From: Microcystaceae cyanobacterium
GTDB taxonomy: Bacteria > Cyanobacteriota > Cyanobacteriia > Cyanobacteriales > Microcystaceae
Length of the DNA stretch: 64,000 nucleotides
NCBI GenBank assembly: GCA_041746575.1
Contig: JBGTGT010000116.1
Coordinates: 14,174-78,173 of the forward strand
Direction of reading: 5' to 3'
This document shows positions 40,393 through 49,858 of this stretch, piece after piece. The stretch's first letter is position 1; each line of letters starts with the position of its first letter. Both the position numbers and the translations under genes were made by a program. The notes below the pieces were generated by a model. It was given only the letters and a program-made list of their open reading frames with translations, was not told the origin of the DNA and did no database searches.

Positions 40393-43026
40393 CTAACTCA
40401 AAACCCCAGCAGGAATCCCTAAAATATCCTCAATTTTCGGCATTTCATCCAAAGGAATTACCCGTCCTTCTTCTTCAAATCCTTCAATTTGATCAAAGTT
40501 TAAATAACGGTATAATTCCCCCTCAAAGGGCTGTACTTTTTCCGCTACAATTGATAAATACTCCTCGACCGTTGGGATTTTTCCTAACAAGGCACACACT
40601 GCCGCTAATTCAGCAGAGCCAAGATAAACCCGCGCGCCTTTGCCCATGCGGTTGTTAAAATTACGGGTAGAGGTAGAGAATACGGTTGCGTTGTCTTCTA
40701 CTCGCGCTTGGTTGCCCATACAGAGGGAACATCCCGGCATTTCTGTTCTCGCACCTGCTGCTGCAAAAATACCATACACCCCTTCTTCTCGGAGTTGCTT
40801 TTCATCCATGCGAGTGGGGGGACAGATCCAGAGACGACCTTTAACCACTCCTGAACCTTCGAGAATCTTAGCGGCGGCACGATAATGCCCGATATTGGTC
40901 ATACACGAACCAATAAAGACCTCATCTACCTTATCTCCGGCACATTCTGACATTAATTTGACGTTATCGGGGTCATTGGGGGCGGCGACGATGGGTTCTT
41001 TAATTTTGCTCAAATTGACTTCAATGATGTCTGCATATTCAGCATCCTCATCCCCTTCCATCAAGACGGGATTTTTCAGCCATTCTTCCATCTTAGCCGC
41101 GCGACGCAACAAGGTTCGGGCATCGGTGTAACCCCGTGCAACCATGTTTTTAATTAACGCCACATTGGAACGCAAGTATTCAGAAACGGTTTCTTTGCTT
41201 AATTTAATAGTACTTCCTGCACAGGAACGTTCTGCCGTTGCATCGGTTAATTCAAAAGCCTGTTCTACTTTTAGGTCAGGTAAGCCTTCCATCTCCATAA
41301 TACGCCCATTGAAGACATTTTGCTTGTTTTCTTTACCGACGGTTAATTTTCCTTCTTGCATTGCTACCCAAGGAATGGCGTTGACAATATCCCGTAACGT
41401 CACACCGGGTTGCAATTCGCCAGTGAAACGGACTAAAACAGATTCTGGCATATCTAAGGGCATAACCCCTAATGCGGCGGCAAACGCCACTAAACCGGAA
41501 CCGGCGGGGAAGGAGATACCCAAGGGGAAACGGGTATGAGAGTCTCCCCCTGTACCTACCGTATCTGGCATTAACATCCGATTCAACCAAGAATGGATGA
41601 TACCATCCCCCGGACGCAATGCTACACCTCCGCGCGTCGCAAAGAAGTCGGGGAGTTCCTTATGCGTCTTAATATCAACGGGTTTAGGGTAAGCCGCAGT
41701 ATGACAAAAGCTTTGCAGGGTGAAGTCTGCGTTAAACCCTAAGCAAGCAAGTTCTTTCAATTCATCCCGTGTCATGGGACCTGTTGTATCTTGAGAGCCT
41801 ACAGTGGTCATTATGGGTTCGCAGGATGCACCGGGACGGACTCCAGGCAATCCACAGGCTTTTCCGACCATTTTTTGCGCTAAAGTGAAGCCTTTTCCCG
41901 TATCTTCAGGCATTGCAGAACGTACAAAGAGGGTACTGGGTTCTAACCCTAACGCTTGACGAGTTTTATCAGTTAAGGCGCGTCCGATAAGGAGGGGTAT
42001 TCGTCCTCCTGCTCTCACTTCATCGAGAATTGTGTCAGGTTTGAGGGTAAAGCTTGAGATAACTTCGGAAGAATTGCCATTCGCCTCTGCCCGTGTAATT
42101 TTCCCTTCGTAAGGATAAATGGTAATCACATCCCCTGTTTCCAGTTTGGTGACATCGCATTCAATGGGGAGTGCGCCGGAGTCTTCCGCCGTATTAAAGA
42201 AAATGGGGGCAATTTTACTGCCCAAAATATAGCCTCCTGCCCGTTTATTAGGGACAAAAGGGATATCATGACCAATATGCCATAAAACGGAATTAATGGC
42301 AGACTTACGGGAAGATCCTGTTCCTACGACATCTCCAACATAAGCAATAGGATGACCTTTTTCTTTCAATTTAGCAATGGTTGCAATGCCGTCGGGCATT
42401 CTCGATTCTAACATCACTAAGGCGTGTAAAGGAATGTCGGGGCGCGTGGTTGCGTGGGGTGCTGGGGATAAATCATCAGTATTGGTTTCACCTGGAACTT
42501 TAAACACCGTCACGGTGATACTTTCGGGGAGTTTGCGTTTGCTGATAAACCATGCCCCAGTTGCCCAAGCGTCGATAACTTGTTTAGCATAAGGGTTAGT
42601 ATCCGCTAAGTCTAAAACATCATTAAAGGCATCAAATACTAAGAGCGTCTTGCTCAAGGCGGATGCGGCGGCGGAAGTAATATTACTATCCTTAGATTTG
42701 AGCAAATTCACTAAGGATTGCACATTATAGCCTCCCATCATGGTACCCAGTAAGTCTACTGCACCTTGACGGGAAATAAGGGGACAGGTAATTTCACCTT
42801 TGGCAACTCCTGTGAGAAATCCTGCTTTAACATAGGCAGCTTCATCCACTCCGGGGGGGATACGGTCACGGAGAAGCATTAAGAGTTCTTCTTTCAGGTC
42901 CTCTGGGGGATTTTTGAGCATTTCACACAATTCTGATGCCTGTTGAGCGGTTAGCGGTAAGGGAGGAATACCTAAGTTAGCTCTTTCTTGGGTGTGTTTG
43001 CGGTAGTCGTCTAGGAACATGATCAA
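40393..43026 (-). CDS. acnB: Bifunctional aconitate hydratase 2 / 2-methylisocitrate dehydratase
   Basis: [34 protein letters not shown] and [10 protein letters not shown] motifs. Confidence 0.98.
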   Translation of the reverse strand: MIMFLDDYRKHTQERANLGIPPLPLTAQQASELCEMLKNPPEDLKEELLMLLRDRIPPGVDEAAYVKAGFLTGVAKGEITCPLISRQGAVDLLGTMMGGYNVQSLVNLLKSKDSNITSAAASALSKTLLVFDAFNDVLDLADTNPYAKQVIDAWATGAWFISKRKLPESITVTVFKVPGETNTDDLSPAPHATTRPDIPLHALVMLESRMPDGIATIAKLKEKGHPIAYVGDVVGTGSSRKSAINSVLWHIGHDIPFVPNKRAGGYILGSKIAPIFFNTAEDSGALPIECDVTKLETGDVITIYPYEGKITRAEANGNSSEVISSFTLKPDTILDEVRAGGRIPLLIGRALTDKTRQALGLEPSTLFVRSAMPEDTGKGFTLAQKMVGKACGLPGVRPGASCEPIMTTVGSQDTTGPMTRDELKELACLGFNADFTLQSFCHTAAYPKPVDIKTHKELPDFFATRGGVALRPGDGIIHSWLNRMLMPDTVGTGGDSHTRFPLGISFPAGSGLVAFAAALGVMPLDMPESVLVRFTGELQPGVTLRDIVNAIPWVAMQEGKLTVGKENKQNVFNGRIMEMEGLPDLKVEQAFELTDATAERSCAGSTIKLSKETVSEYLRSNVALIKNMVARGYTDARTLLRRAAKMEEWLKNPVLMEGDEDAEYADIIEVNLSKIKEPIVAAPNDPDNVKLMSECAGDKVDEVFIGSCMTNIGHYRAAAKILEGSGVVKGRLWICPPTRMDEKQLREEGVYGIFAAAGARTEMPGCSLCMGNQARVEDNATVFSTSTRNFNNRMGKGARVYLGSAELAAVCALLGKIPTVEEYLSIVAEKVQPFEGELYRYLNFDQIEGFEEEGRVIPLDEMPKIEDILGIPAGVLS

Positions 43027-43167
43027 TTTTGTTCTCCTTCTGGGTAATCTGTAATTATGCCTTCGTTACTTTATTGTAAAAGGAAGCCTTTGAATAGTTA
43101 CAGGCAAACACCTGCATAAAGTCATCACTTGTTTATAAGTTACAATTTTTGGAGTCACATCAACATT

Positions 43168-43455
43168 ATGAAAAAATTCTTAATTCTAATGGGAATTGGT
43201 GTGGGCATATTTTTTGCTTTTAAAGATAATCAATTGCCTTTGTTAAGTACGGTTTCTAAACCTATTCAAAATAGTGGTCTTAAACCTGATTGTCAAATAA
43301 AAGGCAATATCTCTATTAGTAGTGGTAAAAAAATCTATCATGTGCTGGGGCAAGAAGACTATGAAAATACGAGAATTCAACCTGAGCATGGAGAAAGATA
43401 TTTCTGCACAGAAGAAGAAGCAAGGCAAGCAGGATGGGTAAAAGCACCAAGGTAA
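43168..43455 (+). CDS. Small membrane-anchored protein with ExoI C-terminal-like ('sunset') domain
   Basis: CQIKGNIS...IYHV.GQ..Y...ERYFCTEEEARQAGW after a hydrophobic N-terminus; start at ATG 43168. Confidence 0.75.
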   Translation: MKKFLILMGIGVGIFFAFKDNQLPLLSTVSKPIQNSGLKPDCQIKGNISISSGKKIYHVLGQEDYENTRIQPEHGERYFCTEEEARQAGWVKAPR

Positions 43456-43637
43456 GAGGGCTAAAATTAGCTGTGTTGTTACCAGTTTACTGAGTTTCTG
43501 AGGGTTTGCACTTTGTAGGGTTAGATAGTTGTGTCAAGAGGGGTTGATATAAATATTTTTCTGCTGGTAGTAATAGCTAAAGTGATTTTGGGCATTCTTT
43601 AGATTGAGACATTATAATCAAAGGAAAGGTTATATAA

Positions 43638-44459
43638 ATGAATTCTCTAAGAGGTATTCAAAAGCCTAAAAACTGGAATCAAATTCTTGATTCTTTCAGT
43701 GCATGTGATGTACCTTATGCCTATATTGTAGCTTATTATATTTCTAGATTTGATAAAAAAGCTTATGAAAAACTAGCATTGGGTAATCATACTGAAACTC
43801 ATGATGCAATTGGAAAAATTTTAGGAATTAAGGCTAATACTATTAAAAACCATCGGGACGCATTTGATCCTTACCATGATAATCCTCGAAAAGGTTGGTA
43901 TCAACGAGAATTATGGCGAGTTGAACGAGAAGTATATGAAGGATTCAATGTTTATTCCCACGAAGAACTCTATGCAATAGTTCGTCAAATTCTAGACACA
44001 CCTCAGTATTCTCTTGAATTAATTTTCACTTTAGTAAGTCAGGATAAGGATAAATATTATCTTATTGATAGTCAACCATATTTTCCATTAACTGAAGAAT
44101 TTGTCAATGAATGTGAAAACAAAACTTTTTATGAAGGAGCAAAACAAACCATTACAGTCAATCGTTATGAAAGAAATAATCAAGCTCGTCAACAATGTAT
44201 TGAATATTATGGAACAAGTTGTTATATTTGTGGATTTGATTTTGAACAAGCTTTTGGAGAACTAGGAAAAGGATTTATTCATGTTCATCATTTAATCCCT
44301 TTATCTGAAATTAATCAAGAGTATCAAATTAATTCCATTAAAGATTTACGTCCAGTTTGTCCTAATTGTCACGCAATAATTCATAAAAAGAATCCACCCT
44401 TTAGCATTGAAGAAATGAAAACTATTTTGAACAAAAATTTTCAACATAACGATCAATAA
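43638..44459 (+). CDS. HNH endonuclease, McrA-like
   Basis: EGAK...YERN..AR..CI, CYICGFDF, IHVHHLIPL and PVCPNCHAIIH motifs. Confidence 0.9.
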   Translation: MNSLRGIQKPKNWNQILDSFSACDVPYAYIVAYYISRFDKKAYEKLALGNHTETHDAIGKILGIKANTIKNHRDAFDPYHDNPRKGWYQRELWRVEREVYEGFNVYSHEELYAIVRQILDTPQYSLELIFTLVSQDKDKYYLIDSQPYFPLTEEFVNECENKTFYEGAKQTITVNRYERNNQARQQCIEYYGTSCYICGFDFEQAFGELGKGFIHVHHLIPLSEINQEYQINSIKDLRPVCPNCHAIIHKKNPPFSIEEMKTILNKNFQHNDQ

Positions 44460-44472
44460 TAATCTCAAAATC

Positions 44473-44508
44473 TCTCAAAACTTTGATAAGGGATGCTTGT
44501 TTAAGGAT
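44473..44508 (+). repeat. Inter-cassette repeat, copy A
   Basis: TCTCAAAACTTTGATAAGGGATGCTTGTTTAAGGAT; 34/36 identical to copy B. Confidence 0.85.
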
Positions 44509-44583
44509 GTGGGGATATGGGGTGCACTCTGCTTGTCTAAAGTGATAAAATAGCGACAATGTTTAATCCCAAAAACTGAAAAC

Positions 44584-44925
44584 ATGGCAAGATTACCTGA
44601 TAACCTTCTACAAACCATTTTTTTACTTCTTCAAAAACTATCACAATTGGTTGATGATGCAACAACTGCAGAATATTTACTATTTGAGCGTTTTGGAGAA
44701 ACTAATGAAACAGTAAACGCGTTAGACGAATTAAAAAACGTTGCGCTAGAAGCAGCATCTCGTTACTCTCAACTTTCCACCTTACGATTAAGGATAGCAG
44801 AAGCTCAACCCTACTTATCCAATGATATGATACAATTGCTAGAGAGAACCATTAATCAAAATCAACTGAAGATTCCAGCAATGGAACGCAGTCTTGAAGA
44901 AATTAAAATTGAATGGAGTTTATGA
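44584..44925 (+). CDS. Hypothetical helical protein, first gene of a coupled pair
   Basis: Intact 113-aa ORF (MARLP...LFERFGET...IAEAQP). Confidence 0.8.
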   Translation: MARLPDNLLQTIFLLLQKLSQLVDDATTAEYLLFERFGETNETVNALDELKNVALEAASRYSQLSTLRLRIAEAQPYLSNDMIQLLERTINQNQLKIPAMERSLEEIKIEWSL

Positions 44926-45122
44926 TGAACGAACAACCTGCTATTCCTAATCAAGAAACAAGAAAACAACTGGTTATAAATTTACGTCAAACTCGTTTAA
45001 ACTTGCAAGATTTTGGCTTGCAGTTAGAAGAATTATTAGCAGGAGTTGAAAAAGAAATTAGAAAACAAAAATCAAAAAGATTAGAACAATATAAACAAAA
45101 TTTACCTGTTAATTTTCCTTGA
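44922..45122 (+). CDS. Small coiled-coil hypothetical protein, second gene of the pair
   Basis: ATG 44922 overlaps the upstream stop (ATGA). Confidence 0.7.
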   Translation: MMNEQPAIPNQETRKQLVINLRQTRLNLQDFGLQLEELLAGVEKEIRKQKSKRLEQYKQNLPVNFP

Positions 45123-45135
45123 ATATTCAGCCCTA

Positions 45136-45254
45136 TAAGCTGTTCATCATCTAAATTGGTATGTAAAGACAAGAGAACAGGGAACGGGAAACAGTGAGGG
45201 TTATCAGTTTTTTTACTAATTTGAGAATACCCAGTTTAATTGCACAACAGCTTA
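45136..45254. mobile_element. MITE-like element
   Basis: Imperfect terminal inverted repeats TAAGCTGTTcatcatctaaattggtat / atacccagtttaattgcacAACAGCTTA with TA ends; internal GGGAACA-like heptamers. Confidence 0.65.
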
Positions 45255-45260
45255 AAACTA

Positions 45261-45356
45261 TATGATCTTATTCGGATTATTTCATTAAGGAAAGCATTAA
45301 AACATGAACGAATCAAATTTGAGAAAAACATCCGCAACCAATTGGGAGAAAATTGA
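45261..45356 (+). pseudogene. BrnT-family toxin, 3' remnant
   Basis: Manual translation YDLIRIISLRKALKHERIKFEKNIRNQLGEN*; overlaps the antitoxin start; 5' part missing next to the MITE. Confidence 0.75.
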
Positions 45357-45567
45357 TCAAATGACAGATGAGGAAATTGACACATCTGATATTCCTCCCT
45401 TAGATGATAATTTCTTTGCTAATGCAACTCTAAGAATGCCCAAAAAGAAAATTTCTGTTACCCTTGAAGTTGATCAAGATATTTGGGAATGGTTTTCTGC
45501 ACAAGGAGAACAATGTCAACCCCAAATTAATCAAGCTTTAAAATTGTACGCTAAAGAACATCAATAA
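45304..45567 (+). CDS. BrnA-family antitoxin
   Basis: TNWEKI..MTDEEIDTSDIPPL and VTLEVDQDIWEWF...QPQINQAL ribbon-helix-helix pattern. Confidence 0.85.
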   Translation: MNESNLRKTSATNWEKIDQMTDEEIDTSDIPPLDDNFFANATLRMPKKKISVTLEVDQDIWEWFSAQGEQCQPQINQALKLYAKEHQ

Positions 45568-45581
45568 GGGGAAATACGTCG

Positions 45582-45806
45582 ACGAGTAAACCTAATTTTA
45601 ACACCATGAATCTTAAAGAGTTGCGGACTTATGTTTTATCTCATCGAGAGGATGATGAGGCTTTTTATACCTTTGTTGATAGAGTTGATAAAGAGAAGAC
45701 TTAGAAAACTTATCCACCAATGGAGTCAGTCGAAGATATGAATCAATATCCTGAAGTTTTAGAGAAGTTAAAACAAGATTCAGGAAGAAAAATTCCTGCA
45801 AATTAA
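45582..45806 (+). pseudogene. DUF6887-like pseudogene (absent from the ORF track)
   Basis: (ACG)SKPNFNTMNLKELRTYVLSHREDDEAFYTFVDR...KT*KTYPP: start decayed to ACG plus an internal TAG. Confidence 0.7.
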
Positions 45807-45870
45807 AATATCATGAATATTTAGCTTTAGTCGGTGTATTGGCTAGTAAAGTTATGACAAGTGTTCCTAA

Positions 45871-45996
45871 ATTCAACAATGGAGATTAGTTTATCGTGTT
45901 TTATTAGTCTCTTATACAGAAAGGGGAGATATCATAAGAATTATTAGTGCTAGACCTGTTACTAAACGAGAACTTAAAGCTTATCAAGGAGGTTAA
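45871..45996 (+). pseudogene. Second BrnT-family toxin 3' remnant
   Basis: Manual translation ...RVLLVSYTERGDIIRIISARPVTKRELKAYQGG*; no intact N-terminus. Confidence 0.78.
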
Positions 45997-46000
45997 AATA

Positions 46001-46198
46001 ATGGAAGATGAACTAAGAGATGAATACGACTTAACCCTTCTAAAAGTCAGAAAAATGGGTTCTCAGCGTAAAAGCTTTGGTGAGACAATTATTAAATTAG
46101 ATTTAGATGTTGCTGAGGTTTTTCCGAATGCTGAATCTGTGAATGAAGCTTTGCGATTTCTAATTAGAATTGCTAGAGACAATCAGGCGACATTTTAG
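46001..46198 (+). CDS. Putative antitoxin (BrnT-associated type)
   Basis: DELRDEYDL...LDLDVAEVFPNAESVNEALR; ATG 46001 with GGAGG RBS directly after the toxin remnant. Confidence 0.75.
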   Translation: MEDELRDEYDLTLLKVRKMGSQRKSFGETIIKLDLDVAEVFPNAESVNEALRFLIRIARDNQATF

Positions 46199-46231
46199 TA
46201 GATGAAAACTAATATAATAACCCTAAAATTA

Positions 46232-46267
46232 TCTCAAAACTTTGACAAGGGATGTTTGTTTAAGGAT
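46232..46267 (+). repeat. Inter-cassette repeat, copy B (followed by HIP1 at 46274-46281)
   Basis: TCTCAAAACTTTGACAAGGGATGTTTGTTTAAGGAT. Confidence 0.85.
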
Positions 46268-46336
46268 ATGAGGGCGATCGCTTTGCATTGTCTTCGATAA
46301 CGCTATTATTATTATGTATCAGTGTTTTGCCTCATT

Positions 46337-46561
46337 ATGCCCAAAAAAGTCAGAGAATTAAAACGTTTGCTACAAAAAGCAGGTTTTGTCTATCGTTCAG
46401 CAAAAGGGAGTCATAGTCGCTGGTATCATCCCCTATTACCTCAAGATCCAATTACAATATCAGGTAAAGATGGAGATGATGCAAGACAGTATCTCGAAAA
46501 ACAAGTTAAAGAAACCCTTGCTAAACTCAAAGAAATTCAAAATCAGGAGTCAGAATCATGA
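46337..46561 (+). CDS. hicA: HicA family toxin
   Basis: MPKKVRELK..L..AGF....KGSHSRWYHP motif. Confidence 0.9.
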   Translation: MPKKVRELKRLLQKAGFVYRSAKGSHSRWYHPLLPQDPITISGKDGDDARQYLEKQVKETLAKLKEIQNQESES

Positions 46562-46776
46562 AATTACCTTATACAATTGTTATTCAATGGAGTGATGAAG
46601 ATCAATGTTATCTCGTTCACCTACCCGAATTTCCTTCCCAACCCTTTCACACTCATGGAGATACTTACGAAGAAGCGATTAAAAATGCTCAAGAAGTCTT
46701 AGAATTATTGATAGAAGAATATCAAGAAGATGGAAAACCTTTACCTCAGCCTTTAGAGTCTTTTGTAACTTTTTAA
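46558..46776 (+). CDS. hicB: HicB family antitoxin (short form)
   Basis: IQWSDEDQCYLVHLPEF...THGDTYEEAIKNAQEVL...GKPLP; ATGA overlap with hicA. Confidence 0.92.
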   Translation: MKLPYTIVIQWSDEDQCYLVHLPEFPSQPFHTHGDTYEEAIKNAQEVLELLIEEYQEDGKPLPQPLESFVTF

Positions 46777-46802
46777 AATGAGCATCAATTCCTATTTAAA
46801 AA

Positions 46803-46846
46803 TCCTAAAAATAACTTAAAACTTTGATAAGCAATGCTTTTTAGGA
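46803..46846 (+). repeat. Inter-cassette repeat, copy C (more diverged)
   Basis: Core ACTTAAAACTTTGATAAGCAATGCTT matches copy A at 22/26; closed by a perfect 9-bp inverted repeat TCCTAAAAA/TTTTTAGGA. Confidence 0.7.
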
Positions 46847-47008
46847 ACGTATCTGTTGTGGGAATTTAGGAAGGCGATTTACTTTATTATCATTTTATTT
46901 GCAACGCAGTAAAAAGCAGTTACAATAAAGATAATTTTTAGATAGTAACAACTTAACCTATTAACGAGCTTGAAACGAGAGTGCGAAATCGTCTCGATAT
47001 CCACCTTA

Positions 47009-47146
47009 CCTTGCTTTGAAAAGTTAACAGAAGACTTAACCGGAGCATATTCTCTTAGAATTAATAGAAAACATCGCTTAGTATCTAAAATTCTTGAGGA
47101 GAAAAGAATCGTCAAAATTATTAGAACGTAGGCACATTATGAGTAA
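47009..47146 (+). pseudogene. Txe/YoeB-family toxin 3' remnant
   Basis: Manual translation PCFEKLTEDLTGAYSLRINRKHRLVSKILEEKRIVKIIRT*AHYE*. Confidence 0.8.
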
Positions 47147-47278
47147 AAGTGTCGTCATAAAAATATCTTCAAACTCCCTCGGATAAACATTTTATTCAAG
47201 TTGGAAATTAAAAAGAGTTGTATCTTAAAACATTGAGTAGAATTGAAGTAATCGGTTGCGAAATACGGATAATTAGTA

Positions 47279-49291
47279 ATGTTTCAGTCCGCCTCCTCGT
47301 CTCCCCTCGATACCTTTCTCGTCTGTGGTTTAGGCAGTTTAGGACAGCATTGTGTGTTAGCGTTGAAGGAATTTGAGATTAAAATCGTTGCCATTGAGCA
47401 AAATAAACCCAAAATCTGGGAAATACCCCAAGTTCCATCCTTAATTGACTCCTTATTGATTGGCGATTGTCGGCAAGTTTCTATCCTACAACAAGCGAAC
47501 ATTGATCGATGTCGATCTGCCTTACTTGTTACGACGAGCGAGCAAGTGAATGTCGAAACGGCTCTAGCGATTCGTCAACTAAACCCTCATACTCGTTTGG
47601 TGATGCGATCGGCAAAAGATAACCTAAATGAACTATTATCGGACTATTTAGGCAATTTTATCGCCTATGAACCCACTCAACTCCCTGCAACTGCCTTTAC
47701 CTTAGCTGCATTAGGAACAGAAACCAAAGGAATGTTTACCCTTGATGGGGAAAGACTACAAGTCATTCAACGACGGATTTTATCCCAAGACCGTTGGTGT
47801 AAAACTCGACTTCTGCACGAGTTACAAAGTCGAAATCGCCGCCTTCTGATGGTCAATGGCAATTTTGATCTCTCTTTAACTAATTTTCACCAATGGATGC
47901 CAAATGCGACGGTACAAGCGGGAGATATAATAACCTATATTGAGATGGTGGATACTTCTTATTTACAACCTTTCACTTCTTATGCCAAAAACGACCGAGA
48001 AACCTCTGAAAATCCTCTAAATTTCCGGCAAAAAGTTCATAAAATCAAAAACTTCTGGCAAAATACTTGGCACCATAACGTCAGACAACAAGGTCGTCGA
48101 GTAGCGGTTATTTGCGGTTTAAGCGTTCTTATGTTATGGATAATTGGTACAATATTACTGCTAGTAACCTACAAAGGAACAACGCCTCTGTCAGCATTTT
48201 CTGCGACCGCTATTCTCTTATTAGGGGGCTATGCCGATTTATTTGGTGAATTCCAAGAAATAGATAGTATTCCCCCATGGTTACAGCTATTTAGCCTAGG
48301 AATGACCCTTGCAGGAACAGCTTTTGTCGGAGTATTATACGCCCTTCTGACGGAGACATTATTGTCAGCTAAGTTTAACTTTACGCCGAATCGTCCAACT
48401 ATCCCTCAACAAAATCATATCGTCGTTGTAGGGACGGGTAGAGTTGGCCAGCGAGTTGCGACGTTATTACAAGATTTTAAACAATCTTTAGTAGTTATTG
48501 CGCTACAATCCGATGTTAATGGCAATATTTTACCTAATATTCCCTTAATAACAGGAAATCTTCCAGAAACGCTAACGCAAGTTTATCTTCATCAAGCCAA
48601 AAGTCTAGTGATTGTCACCGATGACGAAATTCTCAACCTAGAAGTAGCCTTAATGGCAAAAAGACTCAATCTTGATAGCCATCTAGTGATTCGGACATCA
48701 GGATTAGGCTTAAGTCAGCAAATGACTCAGTTATTGCCAAATGCACAAATTTTAGGGGCGTATGCAGTGGCAGCAGAGGTGTTTGCAGGAGCCGCTTTTG
48801 GCGAAAATATTGTTAATCTGTTTCGTTTAGGCCATCAAACGATTTTGGTAACGGAATACGAAATTGAAGCTAATGATACATTAGACGGATTATTATTATC
48901 TGAAGTCGCTTACGGTTACGGTATTGTACCCATTTTGCATCAAAAACCCCCATCTAAAGCGATCTTGATGCCTTCTGATGATATTCGTCTTTCTGCTGGT
49001 GATCGCATGGTTATTCTGGCGACGAGTGAAGCCCTACAGCGTATCGAACAAGGAAAACAGAATTTAAGCGAAAAATGCTATTATTTACACGTTGAAAAGG
49101 CATTTACCGAAGATAGCATCTTTGAAGGAGCGAACATTATTGTTCGGATTTCAGGTTGTCCTTTGAATACTGCCAGAACATTAATGAATCATTTACCCAG
49201 TTGTCTAGAAATACCTTTATATAAGCATCAAGGATTGCGCCTAGTACGAGCGTTAAGCAAAATTCAAGTCAAATCTTGTTTATTGCAATAA
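47279..49291 (+). CDS. Potassium channel-like protein with TrkA-N/RCK NAD-binding domains
   Basis: Two Rossmann motifs (VCGLGSLG, VVGTGRVG) flanking a two-TM pore region. Confidence 0.85.
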   Translation: MFQSASSSPLDTFLVCGLGSLGQHCVLALKEFEIKIVAIEQNKPKIWEIPQVPSLIDSLLIGDCRQVSILQQANIDRCRSALLVTTSEQVNVETALAIRQLNPHTRLVMRSAKDNLNELLSDYLGNFIAYEPTQLPATAFTLAALGTETKGMFTLDGERLQVIQRRILSQDRWCKTRLLHELQSRNRRLLMVNGNFDLSLTNFHQWMPNATVQAGDIITYIEMVDTSYLQPFTSYAKNDRETSENPLNFRQKVHKIKNFWQNTWHHNVRQQGRRVAVICGLSVLMLWIIGTILLLVTYKGTTPLSAFSATAILLLGGYADLFGEFQEIDSIPPWLQLFSLGMTLAGTAFVGVLYALLTETLLSAKFNFTPNRPTIPQQNHIVVVGTGRVGQRVATLLQDFKQSLVVIALQSDVNGNILPNIPLITGNLPETLTQVYLHQAKSLVIVTDDEILNLEVALMAKRLNLDSHLVIRTSGLGLSQQMTQLLPNAQILGAYAVAAEVFAGAAFGENIVNLFRLGHQTILVTEYEIEANDTLDGLLLSEVAYGYGIVPILHQKPPSKAILMPSDDIRLSAGDRMVILATSEALQRIEQGKQNLSEKCYYLHVEKAFTEDSIFEGANIIVRISGCPLNTARTLMNHLPSCLEIPLYKHQGLRLVRALSKIQVKSCLLQ

Positions 49292-49330
49292 AACAAAAAA
49301 AAGGTGAGTTTTTGCCCACCTTTCCGTTAC

Positions 49331-49858
49331 CTAATAAGCATCTTGCATCTCATAAAAATCAGGGGAAATATAATCCTTTCGCATCGGCCAACCTACCCAA
49401 TCTTCCGGCATTAAAATCCGTTTTAGATTCGGATGATTTTCATAGACAATGCCATACATATCATAGCTTTCCCGTTCTTGCCAATCGGCTGCTTTCCAAA
49501 TCCAATAGACAGAAGGAACAACAGGGTTATCCCTCGGTAAAAACACTTTTAAACGGACTTCTTGCAGTTGGTCAACCTGATCGGTTACCTTGACTAAATG
49601 ATAGAAACTGACTAATTCTTGGCCGGGTCCGAGATCATAAGCCCCCTGACATTGGAGATAATTAAAACCATAGGCATACAATGCTGTCGCCATCGGTAAT
49701 AAAAATTCTGCTTCGACTTTAATGAGTTCAATGCCTAAATGGTCAGGTTCTAAAATATCATGATCAAAGCCATTTTCTGTTAACCAAGTTGACACTTCCC
49801 CCGCTTGAATAATCGCAGATTCTTCAGTGGTTTCTGGCGTATTATTTTCTTCAGCCAC
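49331..49858 (-). CDS. ndhJ: NAD(P)H-quinone oxidoreductase subunit J
   Basis: [14 protein letters not shown]...[13 protein letters not shown]. Confidence 0.97.
   Translation of the reverse strand: MAEENNTPETTEESAIIQAGEVSTWLTENGFDHDILEPDHLGIELIKVEAEFLLPMATALYAYGFNYLQCQGAYDLGPGQELVSFYHLVKVTDQVDQLQEVRLKVFLPRDNPVVPSVYWIWKAADWQERESYDMYGIVYENHPNLKRILMPEDWVGWPMRKDYISPDFYEMQDAY

Noticed and set aside
40640..42592. Several ORFs antisense or out of frame within acnB (likewise within nirA, the ATP synthase genes, pilJ and ndhK)
   Set aside because: Shadow ORFs of conserved genes, with no RBS or recognisable motif.
45613..45801. Minus-strand 62-aa ORF in the track
   Set aside because: It is antisense to the DUF6887-like pseudogene, which explains the sequence better.
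44473..46846. The three ~36-bp repeats as a CRISPR array
   Set aside because: They are separated by 0.5-1.7 kb of genes rather than 30-45-bp spacers, and there are no cas genes.
44473..46846. The repeats as canonical integron attC sites
   Set aside because: No clear RYYYAAC...GTTRRRY ends and no integrase in the window; kept only as an integron-like hypothesis.
46879..47115. Minus-strand 78-aa ORF in the track
   Set aside because: It is antisense to the YoeB-family remnant.
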